From NCBI RefSeq assembly GCF_009914755.1, contig NC_060934.1: 64,000 nucleotides of DNA. One strand, 5' to 3'. The notes below the pieces were generated by a model, which was not told the origin of the DNA, did not search any database, and saw only the letters and a list, made by a program, of their open reading frames with translations. A program made the translations under genes and the position numbers. This DNA comes from the human T2T-CHM13v2.0 reference genome, Homo sapiens. Shown here one piece after another: positions 47,494 through 64,000 of this stretch. Numbering within the stretch: the first letter of the stretch is position 1; every line of letters starts with the position of its first letter.

Positions 47494-47748
47494 GAGTATC
47501 TTTATTATATTGAAAAGGCAAAGCGCAGAAAAATAATCACAGACATGGGAAGATTTTTAGAAATTATTTAGACTAATTAACTTGATTTCAGAAACAAACA
47601 CAAGCTCAGAAAGTGCTGATGGGCCGATATGTGTGGGGCCAGCCAGGGGTGGGCAGGCCTGGGACCCAGGTGTCTTCATGCCTTGTCCAAAACTCAATTA
47701 AACTTCATTATTCCTATGACTTGACTCATTTGTAATAGTACAGATATC

Positions 47749-48073
<325 letters not shown>

Positions 48074-48118
48074 TCAAATGACCATGTTAACAGAGTCAAA
48101 ATGAATGTGATCAAAGTG

Positions 48119-48762
48119 TAGTAGCTGCTCATTATTCACCAATTCTGTATTTGTAAACCTCCCTACTTGCTAAAGCTTATTTGTAACCCCTAGATGTATT
48201 CAGGGCCAAGCTTTTCATGTCTTTAAGCATTCTGTTGGTGATTTTGCTATTTACTTATTTATTTTTAGAGATGGAGTCTCGCTGTGTCATCCCGGCTGGA
48301 GTGCAGTGGCTCCATCCCAGCTCACTGCAGCCTCCACATCCTGGGTTCCAGCTCCTCTTGCCTCAGCCTCCAGAGTCGCTGGGATTACAGGCATGATTCT
48401 ACCGTTTCAAATGACCCCTAGTGTAGTGCTGTCTAATGTTCCTAAGCAGGAGGAGGTTGTGACTGTGCCTTATGGAGAAAACATGTGTGTTCGATCAGCT
48501 TTGTTCGGGCATGAGTTATGGTGCTATGGGCTGTCAGTTCAATGTTAATGAATCAACAATCTATATATCAAATAAGATTTCTTTAAACAAAGACAACACA
48601 AAACAAAGGCACGTACTATTGATCGGTTCATGAAAATGTTGTGACCAGAGGCTTGCAGGAACTCAGCCCTGCGTTTCCCTTGTAGCAGTGGTTCAGTATT
48701 TGCTCAGTCCATGTTTGAGGTGGCTATGGACCATAACTACTGTGAACAACGACAATTGACTG
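48119..48762. mobile_element. MER44/Tigger7-like DNA transposon with Alu fragment (about 48250-48395)
   Basis: atttgtaacccc..gtgccttatggagaaaa..ttcaatgttaatgaatcaacaat..aatgttgtgaccagaggcttgcaggaac. Confidence 0.75.
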
Positions 48763-48869
48763 ATGGGCTTTGTGTAGCTGTTCTCCTGAAACAGGCAGAG
48801 ACAGCCTAAACGTCCCTCAGTGATTTCCAGTGACTTCTCAGCATGGACCATGGGAGTGTCAAATGCTTC

Positions 48870-48970
48870 CTTTATTTTAATTTATTTTATTATTTTTTGA
48901 GACAGGGTCTTCCTCTGTCACCCAGGCTGGAGTGCAGTGGCACCATCTCAGCTCACTGCAGACTCGACTC
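48870..48970 (-). mobile_element. Alu 3' fragment
   Basis: gagacagggtctt..ggctggagtgcagtggc. Confidence 0.8.
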
Positions 48971-49741
48971 TAATGTTCCCTTGGATATAACTTAGTAAAG
49001 GCCACCTGTCCTGTTGTGTGGGCTCTCCTGGGGTCCTGTCTCAGGCCCACTGTCCTCCACCCTCTGCTGGAGATAATAGTTAACACTGCTGATAAGCCAA
49101 ACTAAACCTCTAGCCCAGATCTCTCTCTTGAACCCCAAGTTCATTTCAAACTAAAGGCCGAATATGCTCACTTGGTGTCCCAGCAGCAATTTGAACTAAA
49201 TATACCCTAAACTTAGCTTATAATCAATGACTGCGACACCCATTCCTCTCCTCCCATTTCCCCAAAGCTCTGTCCATCTTTGCTTAAGCCTAGGGAGAGG
49301 GAGTTACAGAGGGAGGGAGGGAGTGAGGGAGGAGACTTCTTTAATTCACACCATCAGTGCAATCAACTTTAGGAAAACGTGGTGTGGCCAGATACCCACC
49401 TCCACAGCTTGCCCCTGCTGGGACCAACTGCTCTGTCACCAGCTGAAAACCCGAAGTCCAACTCACATTCCTTCTATTTCATCCTTTTCCTTCCCTCTCT
49501 CCTGTCCATTCTCCAAGACCTGCTTAATATCTCTCAGGTTTATCCCCTTTTCTTATGAACTCTCCTAGATGATCTCCATTGTATCTGTATCAAATCCACT
49601 TTCCATAGATCAAAAAGCAGTGGCCTCAAGCTTTGCTAAATATTTTTATTCACAGTATCTGGTGGAGGGGGAGAGGCGTTTGCTCGTTAAAATGCAAATT
49701 CCCCTCCCCATATTGAATGGTGGAGTTCTGGAATCTGTATG

Positions 49742-50005
49742 TTTTTATTTATTTTATTTCATTTTATTCTTGAAGCAGGGTCTTGTTCTGTTGCCCAGGC
49801 TAGACTGCAGTGGTGTCACCATGGCTCACTGCAGTCTCGAACTCCCAGAATCAAGCAATCCTCCCACCTCAACCTCTTGAGTAGCTGGGACTACAGGTGC
49901 ACACTATGATGCCTGGCTAATTTTAAATTTTTTTGTAGAGATGCAGTCTCACTATGTTGCCCAAGCTGGTTTCAGACTCCTGGCCTTATGCGATCCTCCC
50001 ACCAG
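49742..50005 (-). mobile_element. AluJ, ~40 nt from exon 2 donor
   Basis: Diverged reverse Alu. Confidence 0.85.
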
Positions 50006-50046
50006 CCAATGCCCTCTGTGTTAAAGAAAGATGAGGAACGCCTTAC

Positions 50047-50274
50047 CAGGTAACCGGATTGGCTTCCATGGGGCAGAGTTTGGCACGTAGGCATGCTTCG
50101 AGGCGGTGACAATCAACTGACTGCCCAGCTTATACTGGAACTTGATAAAGGCGACGCCATCAGTCCCCGAGGTGCCAGAGGCTATGGAGGCCTGGTTGGT
50201 GAAGATCTCGATGAGCGCATCTGCTACGGGCTGGTGGGTGCTGGCGTCGCTGATGTGCACCTTTAACGTCACCT
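50047..50274 (-). CDS. FAM171A1: FAM171A1 coding exon 2 (228 nt, phase 1-1)
   Basis: Minus strand ctacctccag|AG GTG ACG...TTA CCT G|gtaagg; translates [28 protein letters not shown]...APWKPIRLP, matching recalled FAM171A1 N-terminal region. Confidence 0.96.
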
Positions 50275-50587
50275 CTGGAGGTAGAGAAAGCACAAAGAAC
50301 AGCTACTGTCAATGGGAAACATTCATAGCAACTCTGGTATGACTGTGATGGGAAGTGGAAGGAGGGCTCTGTAAGGACATCAAGGTTGACACTCAAAATA
50401 TGCAGTTTTTACCAGAGACATTTTCTCCTTACAGGTCTACTTTTTACTTCACACAATTTCCCATTTTCTTCAAAACCACAGCCTGACCCAAACTGCTTTC
50501 TTCTTTACTACTGCCTGCTCAAATCAACAAATGATCAAGAGAAAAATTCTATACTTTTAAACATTGGGCAACCAATGCAATACTTCG

Positions 50588-50880
50588 TGTGTGTGTGTGT
50601 GTGTGTTTTGAAACAGTCTCACTCTGTTGCACAGGCTGGAGTACAGGTGCGTGATGATGGCTCACTGCAGTCTCGATCTCCTGGGCTCAACTGATCCTCC
50701 CACCTCAGCCTCCTGAGTAGCTGGGACTACAGGTGTGTGCCACCACACTGAGCTAATTTTTGTAGAGATGGGGTTTTGCCATGTTGCAAAGGCTGGTTTC
50801 AAACTCCTGAGGCTCAAGCGATCTGCCCGCCTCAGGCTCCCAGAGTGCTGAGGTTACAGGTGTGCCCCACCGTGCCCAGA
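50588..50880 (-). mobile_element. AluJ with (TG)n tail
   Basis: Reverse Alu. Confidence 0.87.
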
Positions 50881-51264
50881 CAACAATACTCTTTCAATGG
50901 TGTTTGGGCTACCACAGTAAGGGCACAGTGGGCCATGGTATTTGCAAGCTGCCGTATCCTTCTCTAGTCCTGGGAAATGTGGCAGAAGTAACCCAGGATT
51001 GTGCACTGGTAATCACAAAGGCTAGACTGAAAAGAAGTGAAAACTATTGTTAAAAGGGAGGACCCAAAGAGTAGAACAAGAGAAGGTTAGAAAAAGAATA
51101 AAAAAAAAAAAAAGCAAACGTTTGAAAAGACAGATGAAGTCAAGTTAGGAATATTGGCAAAAACAGATCATGAATCTGGGAAACAAACAGAATGTTACAA
51201 ATTGCTAAAAAATTAAAATAGAATGGCTAATTTACATTTACTCAGGCAAGGGATAGTTACCGAA

Positions 51265-51700
51265 CTTTTACTCTGTGCCTAGAATTGTAACTACACAGCT
51301 ACAGTGAAGGAGAGGATGCGTGAGTAAACAGGAAAGTACCATGGCTGAGGGGGAACAGCATGTGTGGAGGCTTAGAGGCAGGAAGACGCCATGTTTCCTG
51401 GAGAAACAATGGCAGGTTCTGAAAGCTGGATGGAGAGCGTGAGAGGCGTAGGAGGCTGGAGAGGCAAGTAAGGCCAGATCACACATGGCTTTATGAGCTC
51501 CGTAAAAGGATTATTCTTTATTCTAAAGGCAATGGGAAGTCACAAAGGTTTTAAGAGGGGAGTGGAGATCAAATTTATGTTACAGAAACATGTGGCTCTG
51601 GGTGAAGAATGGGCTGAGGAAGAGGCAAGGCTGGAGAATAAGCATTCAATTAAGAGGACTCTGTGATAACCCAGAACTGAGATGGTGGTAGACCAGACTC
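51265..51700 (-). mobile_element. L2 fragment
   Basis: gaacagcatgtgtggaggc..ggccagatcacacatggc..aaggcaatgggaag. Confidence 0.7.
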
Positions 51701-52109
51701 CAGCAGAACTATCACGTCAAGGGTGCTGATTCCAGAACTATGTGGGGGAGCAACTCAGAAGTGCATCCTGCTCCCAGAAACCCTATTTTCTTAAGTAGGA
51801 AGCAAGCAGCTGGTGTGATGTATGTCCACCTGGTCACTTGCAGGCACCACATGCCATGCTTTTTGAGCTGCCTCTGATCTGAAAGACTTGGGATAGGAAG
51901 GTGGGGAAAGGACTAGCAAAAAGCGAGGAGGTGGCCAAGGAGGCTTGTGTTCATAGCACCTTCCAGAGTGGGGCTCAGTGGAGTGACCATCAATGAGCCG
52001 GCTGCAGGCTGGCTGGGTACAGAGCAGCCTGACAGCAAGGATGAGGAAGGAGTGCTGGGTCAGCCTTGCAGGTATTGCCCAGTGGCACACACCCTGGGGT
52101 TCTGCAATT

Positions 52110-52290
52110 CTCACTGGAGGTTCGAATCTCAGCTCCACCATGTGCTAGCCATGTAGCCTTGGGCAGTTTATTTATCATCTCTAGGCCCCAGTTTCCCCAT
52201 TTGCTAACTGGGAATGATAAACATGCATAGCTCAACATATAGGTAGAAACATTTAGTGTAATGCCTGGTGCAGTAAGCACCGACACAAGC
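52110..52290 (+). mobile_element. MIR
   Basis: ggttcgaatctcagctccac..ccttgggcag..cagtttccccat. Confidence 0.75.
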
Positions 52291-52442
52291 TACTGCAATT
52301 GTGTCATTCCAATCATGATGCTTGTAAACATTCCAACATGGTGCTTGGGGATACCAGATTTGGGGCTCAGAGAGGAGAGTTAGAAAGAAGAAATATATAA
52401 AACAAAAGGGACAGGTGAGACAACCCTCTCAGAGAGTATTAA

Positions 52443-52748
<306 letters not shown>

Positions 52749-53199
52749 TGAGTATTAACATCTTTATATCCAGAGCTCTATCCTACACTGGGGCAACCAT
52801 ATAGAGAAGAACTTCTTTTGGTTTGAGAATCTCCACCTTGGTAACTTGCCAACTAGCTGTCTCATGATACTAAAGCAGTCTTTTCAATACTGCAAATTTC
52901 AGTTAGTCAATCATCTTTCACCCATTTTTTCCACATGCTGATTTAATACATTTCTTGAGTAGATAACCATAGACAAGAGCTAAAGAATCCTAGACCTAGC
53001 TAAATCATTCACCTGCCTTTGAGGAGCTCTGAGCTATGGGTGTGTACCAAATAAATCTCTTAAAATGTTTTAGCAAGAACAAATAAATGCTACAGAAACC
53101 AATCTTGGCTACTTCATACTATAGCAGAAAACTAACATCCAAAAAGGGACAAATCAGCATCATGAAAATCAAGGATATGATATTACAGAATACATTTAG

Positions 53200-53851
<652 letters not shown>

Positions 53852-53924
53852 TCCCCCACACACATTTTCTTATTTAACTTGGTCCTCTGTGTCCCCAAGT
53901 AGTATACTATTCCTCTTATAAATT

Positions 53925-54610
53925 TTAAATTTTTATTTATTTATTTCCATAGGTTTTAGGGGAACAGGTGGTGTTTGGTTACATGAGTAAGTTCTTTAGC
54001 GGTGATTTCTGAGATTCTGGTGCGCCCATCACCCAAGTAGTGTACACTGTACCCAATGGGTAGTCTTTTATCCCTCACCCTCTCCCACCCTTTTCCCTGA
54101 GTCCTCCAAATCCACTGTATCATTCTTTATGTCTTTGCATCCTCATAGCTTAGCTCCCACTCAGGAGTGAGAACAAACGATGTTTGGTTTTCCATTCCTG
54201 AGTTACTTCACTTAGAATAATGGTCTCCAATTCCTTCCAGGTTGCTGCAAATGTAATTATTTCATTCCTTTCATGGCTGATTAGTATTCCATAGTATATA
54301 TATACCACATTTTCTTTATCCACTCATTGACTGACGGGCATTTGGGCTGGTTTCATATTTTTTGCAATTGCAAATGGTGCTGCTATAAACATGCATATGC
54401 AAGCATCTTTTTCACATAATAACTTTTTTTGTTCTGGGTAGATACCGGTAGTGGGATTGATGGATAAAATGGTAGTCCTTTTTTTTTTCATAGGTTTTTG
54501 GGGAGCAGGTGGTATTTGGTTACATGAGTAAGTTTTTTAGTGGTGATTTGTGAGATTTTGGTGTACCCATCACCCGAGCAGTATACACTGAATCCAGTGT
54601 GTAGTCTTTA
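53925..54610 (-). mobile_element. Two tandem L1PB-type 3' ends (about 53925-54477 and 54480-54610)
   Basis: CATAGGTTTT.GGGGA.CAGGTGGT.TTTGGTTACATGAGTAAG occurs twice; outer CC(C/T)AAGTAGTATACTA duplication. Confidence 0.82.
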
Positions 54611-54977
54611 CCTAAGTAGTATACTAAATTATAACATAAATTAACTCATGGTGCATTAATAACCACATAGCAGAAATCCTGCATTGATGATTTATGCAAT
54701 TTTATGGAAATGCAACATTTACTAACAATTGGGATTACAAGGTCTTCACTGTTTGCTAAGAAGGCAAAAACTGCTGAGATTTGAGGGAAAAGAAGATTTA
54801 TGAATAAACAGAGAAAGGCGGAGTTCCACTCTAATCAACACCCTAGATTCTACCACTTGAATTTCTTCTAATATGGGAAGCATAGTTTAAGTTCTACAAT
54901 TATATACGTTAAAAGAGATTGTTTAGTTCTTCGCTTGGTATGATCAGAGAGAACAAAATGTCAGTATGATTCGGTAA

Positions 54978-55289
<312 letters not shown>

Positions 55290-55872
55290 TGATTCGGTAA
55301 TTCTTACAGCCCACAGGGGCATCATCGTTATAGAATAACACTGAGAATGGGACTCTCCATTCAACCGCAAACAAAACTATCCCTAACTAAATGACAACCA
55401 GGGCAGCTGTCATCTGACTAGGCAAGGCATTAGTTACTACATGACTCTCATTTATAGGAAGACCCCATAAACGGTCCCAGACCTAAATATGCCCTAGGGT
55501 GCACTCTTTGCTGCTCAGTGAGTACTGAGGACCCCGCTGAGTTGGTCACCTGAAGACTGCACAAAACCCAGACTGGGACATCCTTTTCTCACTCCATACC
55601 CTGCACATCCATCACCAAAGTCTGCTCATTTTGACTGCAAACTCTGCATCTCAAAGCAGGCCTTTCTTTTGTACCCTCGTGAACACTGCCCTATTTCCAG
55701 GCCTTCACCATCCATCACCCACACTGCTGCTCAGCAACTTTACCAAAACAGTCACCCTCTTCAGACCTGAGCCCTGAGATCCCACTGAGGCTGGAGGGAG
55801 CTATCCAATACACTCAGCTGACCTCTCCCTGTCTCCCTCAAACCCTTCGATGCGTCCCCACTGTCACCTGTA

Positions 55873-56118
55873 CCAGGTGCAGCAACTTCGGCCTGCCCTC
55901 AGGCCAAATGTGGCCTGCTGCCTGCTTTTGTATACAGTCCATGAAAATTATCTGCAATTTAAATTTCAGTGTCTATAAAGTTTTATTGGAACACAGCCAC
56001 GCCCCATCATTTGCATGGGCTGGTTTTGCATTACAACAGCAGACTTTAGAAGTTGCCACGGAGACCATAAGGGCTGCAAAGCCTGAACTCACTACTTTTG
56101 GCCCTTTAGAGAAAAAGG
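55873..56118. mobile_element. MER58-like hAT element
   Basis: ggccaaatgtggcctgc..aaagttttattggaacacagccacgcc..ggccctttagagaaaa. Confidence 0.78.
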
Positions 56119-56120
56119 AA

Positions 56121-56404
<284 letters not shown>

Positions 56405-57066
56405 TCAAGGGACAGGATCCATCCCAGAAGCCTCCTGTCCTGCACCAGCCACCCCACCTGACCCCATCCCCTGCCCTCGGCTCCTCCTTCCTGTTCCTTC
56501 CTGCCACAGCTTATTGCCTTTGAAGGCAATGTTTTTCTACACTTCCCTTCCATGTTGCTAATTCCTCTTTTTCCTTTAAAAGGCTGCAGTAAGGTGGATT
56601 CAAGAAAGTACTCTGGCCGGACTCAGCAACCCTGCATTTCCCTGAAGCTCTCCAGACACATGGTCTCTGTTTCTTGTCCATTTCCATTTCTGTCTGTTTC
56701 ACCTTGGGCCAACTGGGGGGGTGTACAACAGAGACCAGACCCCTGACCCTCAGGAGCTTTAGCTTTATTGATTAAATACATACTGAAGTGTCATTCTGAA
56801 CTGGAAGAAGTGCCCCAAGGAAAACTGGGTGACACAAGGCAGAACGGGGAACCTATTTTCAACTGGGTGGTCAGGGGAGGCCTTCTTGAGGAGGTGTCAT
56901 TTTAGCTTAGGCCTGGAGGAGACACAGGGACCAGCCAGGCAAAGGGGTGTCCTGAGATGAGAACGACCAGGTTGTTTACCACTGAATTAAAACTCCCACG
57001 GAGAGAGCTTTGTGCAGGGGCCCTTGTGACTGAAGATGAGGGGTCTGGGCCACCCATGTACCGCCG

Positions 57067-57408
<342 letters not shown>

Positions 57409-57489
57409 TAGCTGGTACCTAGAGCCAGCAGGTGGTCAATAAAAGTTTGCAAAATGAATGCTGGGGTGAAACTAACCATCTCTTAACAC

Positions 57490-57699
57490 AACACTACCTG
57501 ATATAGGGGCCATCAGCCACATGTGAGCATATACACTTGTTTAAATTAATTAAAATTAAATTAATTTAAAAATCGAGCTCCTTGGTAACACTAGGCTCAC
57601 TGTAAGCGCTCAACAGCCGTGACTGGCTAGCGGTTCCTGCGTCGGAGAGTGCAGACTGGATATTTCTATCATTGCAGAAAGTTCCTTTGGACAATTCTG
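57490..57699. mobile_element. MER3/MER33-like hAT element
   Basis: agccacatgtg..aattaaaattaaat..atttctatcattgcagaaagttc..tggaca. Confidence 0.72.
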
Positions 57700-58124
57700 A
57701 TCTCCGAATCTGAGTCAAGAAATCCATGGTATCCAAATGGCTCAATGAACTCCCAAGGAAAATCTACCTGAGCGTGACTCTGAAGTGGTGTCTTCACAGC
57801 CCTTGTGGATCAGGCCTTCACTCAAGTCCTTCAGTGGCTTAAAAGGCCCTGTTTGATCTCTTCCCACCCCTCCTCCCCAGCTGTATCACCTCCTGCCCTC
57901 ACTTGCTAAACTTTCCCCATTCAGGGACTTGCAGGGAGGCCAGGTACGGTGAACGTGCTGTGCTCCAATTGTGCCCTGGCCTGGCGCACTCTCCCCCAGA
58001 TACCCAGCCATGCGGCTGAGACCCACACCTCCCTGTCTTTGTTTCAGTACCACCTCCTTGATGAGGCTATCCTATCACTGTCACTCTTTTTTAAAAATTT
58101 TCAACATGGAAATTCTAGAATGCA

Positions 58125-58460
58125 TATATTTTAGTCTGTTTAGCCTGCTATAACAAAACCCCATAAACTGGGAAGCTAAAAAACAACAGGAATGTATTTC
58201 TCAAGTTCAGGTAGCTGGTTAGTCCAAGGTTAGGGCAGATTAGGTATCTGGTGAGGGCTCACCTTTTCACTGCATCCTCACGTGGTGGAAGGGATGAGGG
58301 GGCTCTCTGGGGTCTCTCAAGCACACTAATCCCATGCACAATGGCTCCCCCCTCATGACCTGATGTCCTCCCAAAAGACCCCACCTCCTAATACCTTCAC
58401 CTTGGGGGTTAAGATTTCCATATGTGAACTTGAGGGGAAAACAAACTTTCAGAACACAGA
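58125..58460 (-). mobile_element. MLT1A-like MaLR LTR
   Basis: ttagtctgttt..ctgctataacaaaa..cactaatcccat..ccccacctcctaatacc. Confidence 0.8.
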
Positions 58461-58592
58461 AACATAAAAGTAGAAAGAACAGTACAAGGACCTTCCTCCC
58501 AAACCTGTCCTGATAGGAAGTTTCAAATAGTGTCATCTTTCTGCCATTCTTTCTTTCATGCATTGCTCCCACCATCCCCACTTTTTTGCTGA

Positions 58593-58952
<360 letters not shown>

Positions 58953-60029
58953 ACCATAAATATTCCCACTTAAAACAGATAAGGATTTCTTTTAAACCAC
59001 CACCAAAACACAATTATCATGCCTAACTAAAGTAATAATCTCCTTATATCATCTAATACCCAGCACTTATTCAATTTTTTTGATTACCTAAAAACATTTT
59101 TAAAAATAATTCTTACTATTCTGTCTAAAACGTCGATCCCAGCCTCACCCCAAATTTCTGATATTCTCCTGCTCTGCTTCTGCTTTTTATGCGTGACATT
59201 GATTAATTATAACATGCTCATAACTCATATGTTTATTATTAAACTCTACCAGATGGAAACTTTGAGACAGTTATTTTGTGTTTCTGTTTTCTTCTTCATT
59301 CACACATCCTAAGCATATAGAATAATGTCTGGCACACAGTAGTCACCTAATGTAGATGCTGAATTAATCTCTAAAACGAGTAGGCATTTCTGGGTATCTT
59401 CTGATCCATGGCCTAAGTATTCCTGGTATTTTGTTGTTGTTCCATTTATTTCTTATAACTACTTTAAAAATAGATAATATAGAGATCTATTTGAAAAGTA
59501 TTAATCAATCCATGTAACTAACTGTAAATAATCAGAAAATATTTATTGACCAGCTGCTATATGCTTAGCATGATACAAGGTACTGCAGGGAGATTAAAAA
59601 AGAAGGAGAAAAAAAGACATGCCTCCTGTTTTTAAGGAGTTTACGGTTTTGCGGGGAGGAAAGACCAGCAAATGTGCCAGAAAGCAAAAAGAATGAAACT
59701 GGCTAGGAACCTGTAAAAAAAAAAATATATATATATAGCAAAGATGAGGTTAATCTGATTTGGAGTTTCCATGCAAAAACAGAATCAAAGATGCAAACAA
59801 GATCTGAATGCATTCATAGAGGTGGGGGGGATCATCAAAAGATTTAAGGAAGGGTATGGTGTGAACACTGATACTATGAAGGGTCGTGGCTATCTGGGTA
59901 CTCACTGCATGCAAACTGGCCCTGATTGTGGTTTACGGAGGTCAGGGAGGAATAATGCTTCTTGGAAGAGATGATATTGAAGCTGGTGCTGGAAGGGTGG
60001 GTACCACGGGCAGATGAGTCTTTGTGGCA

Positions 60030-60395
60030 CCTTCTGAAATAGTCTTCCTCCCTTTGAGGAATACCAGATGCTCATTTTCCCAGCCTCCCCTGTAGCTAAG
60101 AAGGAGAAAAAATGGGCTGCGGTTCTGCTAAGCTGTGGCTCTGCTCATTCTGGTTGGCAGAATTTGATGTGGAAGTCAGCAGCATGAAGAAGCAGGGCCT
60201 TTTTCTGGCCAAAGGGACCGCAGAGGAGGCATCTGGTTGGGAGCAGCAGGGGTGCTCCCGGAAGAGTCACACCACACAGCTCAGACACTGTTCTGGCTGT
60301 GAGCCTCCTCCTCCCACAAGTTCTGTGTGCTACCCAAAAGCTGTAATAAATGTCTTTTCTCATTAAACCAGCTAGATGGGCAGTGCTGCTTGCCC
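60030..60395 (+). mobile_element. ERVL LTR relic (LTR33/LTR16-like)
   Basis: tttcccagcctcccctgtagcta..aataaatgtcttttctcattaaaccagctaga. Confidence 0.5.
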
Positions 60396-61023
60396 TGCTC
60401 GGGTTCTGTGCTATCCTGGCATGATTCTATCTAGCTGGGGACCATCTCTTTGAAACTGCACCTCATGGCTCTCCTTCCACCGTGCACCTTCCTTCTCAGT
60501 ACCCACCATGGGCTCCAGTTCTGTCTGCCTGCCCAAGGTGGTGGACCCCGGGAGTGTGTGCTCACACCTCTTCTTGCTACACACTCTCATCCATGAATTT
60601 ATTTCACCATCAGGAATTCAGCCATCGCCTCTAGCATATTCTTCAATTTTTATCAGCCAATTGCAGAGCCAAGGAGGAAGAAACGAGCGCTCAGGAATTC
60701 TTCCCCTACCACGATTCAGAGCTCCTCTGCTCTTGGCAAACATGAAGAGTGTGGCTCTGTGGGCACAAACTGGTCCATTTTAAGTAGTACAAAGAGCATC
60801 TGCTTTGTGGGTAGAAAACTAAACATCATCTTTCAGTCCAGCATTATCTTTTAGTCATTTCCTTTCTAACTGCCACAGATTTAGAACTAAATGCGACAAG
60901 GCTGTTTCCAATTGTTGGCTTGGGAGGAGGCTCCTCTAAGTAGCGAGTTAAGAGTGAACAAGAGGAAGGAATTAGGGTGCATAATTTACAGGCACATGGA
61001 AGAAGCTCCCTGTCGGTATTTGA

Positions 61024-61437
<414 letters not shown>

Positions 61438-63222
61438 TAATGCATACCTTTTGTTATTTTTCTATAAACGATAGGATGCATTTAGTTTATAACTTTGCCT
61501 CCAAATTCCAAAACATGTACTATTCCAAAACATAAAATCTTTTATGGTTTTTCTGGCACCAGAGCTGGGAGTACAGCTTCCACCTGCTTTCTGCACAGTC
61601 TGCCCTTCTCATTTCTCATATTTATTCTAACAAACTCTGGCCCTGTCTTAAAAGGGAAAGTAAAGTTTGTGGGCTCCATTTTTTAAATTTGTTTCATTTG
61701 TTTGTTTCTGTGAAGTTTTTGGCTTCCTCTTAACCGCTTTTCATTCCCTTTTCTATTTCCTCAAATTGGCCTTTGTTCTGGGATTTTCATTTTTTCTTTC
61801 CTTTTGGTTTTTAGAGCTGTTGGTTTCCACAGCAACTCACCCTAGTAGTGGGGAACCCAGCATTTTATGGGCTGGCCACTGGGTCTGGGTAGAAGAAAGG
61901 CCCATTCCCACCAAGCAGGCCATGCAAATGCTCTCACCCCAAGTAGCCCAGCACTCCTGTGGCTGCCTGGGCCAGGGAGGCCAGCTGAAAAGGAGCCTCT
62001 CTCCTTAGCACCATGATTAGCTACATTTAACCCCAATTTAGGGGAGTTACGACGGCTTTTCATCTCTTAAATAGAACACCAGAAAACTGCTTGATCACTT
62101 AAAAACATTTTCCAAATAGGAGGTTATTGTAAAAATGTTACCTGACCTTTGCTCTACGAGGTTTTGCCCCATGTTACTTGGTGTTAGAATTTTACAATAT
62201 CAGCATGTGCATTGAATTTCCATGTCTTTATAAAGCATGTTCCAGGATGCCTAATGCGTGAAGGGGTGGCTTTCTATTTATACTTCTTTTATAAACATAG
62301 AGGTTTTCCTGTGTAATCTGATGAAATTAGGATGCACTCTGTTACACTGGAGTTTTCATGTAATTTTTTCCAGACTCACATAGTGCACATGCACCTTGTA
62401 TTATTCTATTTTATTTTCTACCCAAAATTTAGCCAATCATGTCATCCAAGGAAATTATATTTATATATTTTAAAGTATAATCTATATGTTATGTAACATA
62501 TAACAGATTATTTAATATGTATCTCATAATATATCATATACTTTATTAATCTATATAGAATACATCTCAATAAGAATCTGTTACAACTTGTACATTTGAG
62601 GACTCCCTTATATGCAATTTCTAGCTGCACTAAAGCATTTGGCAATCCTTGTGTGTGTTTAATTCTGAAAACAACATTCAGTTTGATGTTCCTCCGCAAA
62701 GACCAAGACTACTGTCATCCAGAAGAGAAAGGACTGTGCAGGCATACTTCAGAGAGACGAATACGCTGGGCACTAGAAACCCCCCTAGCTTCCTGGGTCC
62801 CCTCTCCACGTAGGCACCTTTCACTCTTGATTGTACCAAGAGGTGCCCTGAACCTCACTATGGATCTGCGGCCCCAGTGTCTGATACAGAATCCCCACCT
62901 ATGTGGGGTTCTTTTTTTGAAACATGTTCCTTAGATTTCAGTGGAAGTTTACAGTCTCTAGACATCCATTTGAATGACCTCATTGGAGACGCATGGAAGA
63001 GAAAAATCTGCTGGAACTTAAGAGTACCACTGTGTGCCTTTCTGTGTTCTATCATCTCAGGCAACTGATGCTTATGTTAAACCTCATGAAAAGGCAGCCA
63101 TGTGGTAGACTCGACAGCTACAGCTTCAGTTTGAAATAGGATGAGAAGAGACCACAGTACAGTGCTATTTACACTGGTGGCTCCTACCGGCTGCTCATCC
63201 TCTGAAGGGCGTGTATTAGAGC

Positions 63223-63524
63223 TTTTTTTCTTTTTTTTTTTTGAGATGGAGTCTTGTTGTGTCACCCAGGCTGGAGTGCAGAGACACGACCTTGGCTCAC
63301 TGCAACCTCTGCCTCCCAGGTTCAAGAAATTCTCCCTACCTCAGCCTCCCAAGTAGCTGGGATTACAGGAGCACACCACCACGCCTGGTTAATTTTGGTA
63401 TTTTTAGTAGAGACGGGATTTTGCCATGTTGCCCAGGCTGGTCTCAAACTCCTGACCTCAAGTGGTCCACCCACCTCGGATTCCCAAAATGCTGGGATTA
63501 CAGGCATGAACCACCGCACCTGGC
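63223..63524 (-). mobile_element. AluS
   Basis: Reverse two-arm Alu. Confidence 0.9.
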
Positions 63525-64000
63525 TGCCATCACAGTCTTGATAGAACTTACACATAACGTACTCTTTCTCACCCCAATCCCTGCATCTCTCTATCCCTCT
63601 AATGCATAAACTTCTGTCTTGGCAGTGCTACCAGGATATCTCTGGGCAAACAATCAGTGGATTTCTGCTGCTTCCCATAAGAAATTTGTATGAGGATCAA
63701 ATTGATGATCCTCCCATTAACAACACTTAACAACCAACAGCACCATGTTGCCAAGAATGGTGAAATATACAATAACAAATATTCATAGAAGTTCAGCAAT
63801 TAAAGAGATCATGTTAGATACATATAGACATACTCTGATTTTCTACTTTATTTGAGTGATGGGACATCTTTCCCTCAATTTAAACACTCTGTAATGGAAA
63901 TCGAAAATATGAACTATCTCCCACAGCTTTGTGGCTAAGAATCCTGTTACCCTAATAAGTTAAACAGCAGAAGTTCATTCTCTATTACTGGACCCGGTAC

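Overview
Human (primate) genomic DNA lying entirely within the FAM171A1 gene (minus strand; 10p13 from recall). Four internal coding exons can be read with canonical AG/GT boundaries: exon 2 (50047-50274, 228 nt), exon 3 (42025-42117, 93 nt, missed by the ORF track), exon 4 (20884-21042, 159 nt) and exon 5 (14801-14977, 177 nt). They splice in frame to the extracellular part of the protein; exon 1 and exons 6+ are outside the window. The rest is repeat-rich intron: about 45 Alu copies or fragments, a 5'-complete but disabled L1PA (about L1PA5) antisense to the gene with a 15-bp TSD, solo LTRs (MER51, MLT1, MLT2, MSTA, LTR33-like), DNA transposons (Tigger4a, MER58, MER20, MER44, MER3), L2/MIR relics and tandem repeats. 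Nearly all other ORFs in the track are repeat-derived noise. I see no convincing new multi-gene system. The best leads are an open ORF0/antisense-promoter unit in the L1 pointing into FAM171A1 exon 4, a perfect 20-bp palindrome at the junction of a ~0.8-kb L1 deletion, uniformly phase-1 symmetric exons that would give stop-free circRNA ORFs, and a 143-bp orphan insert inside an Alu. Repeat subfamily names come from recalled consensus sequences, and repeat boundaries without a TSD are approximate.
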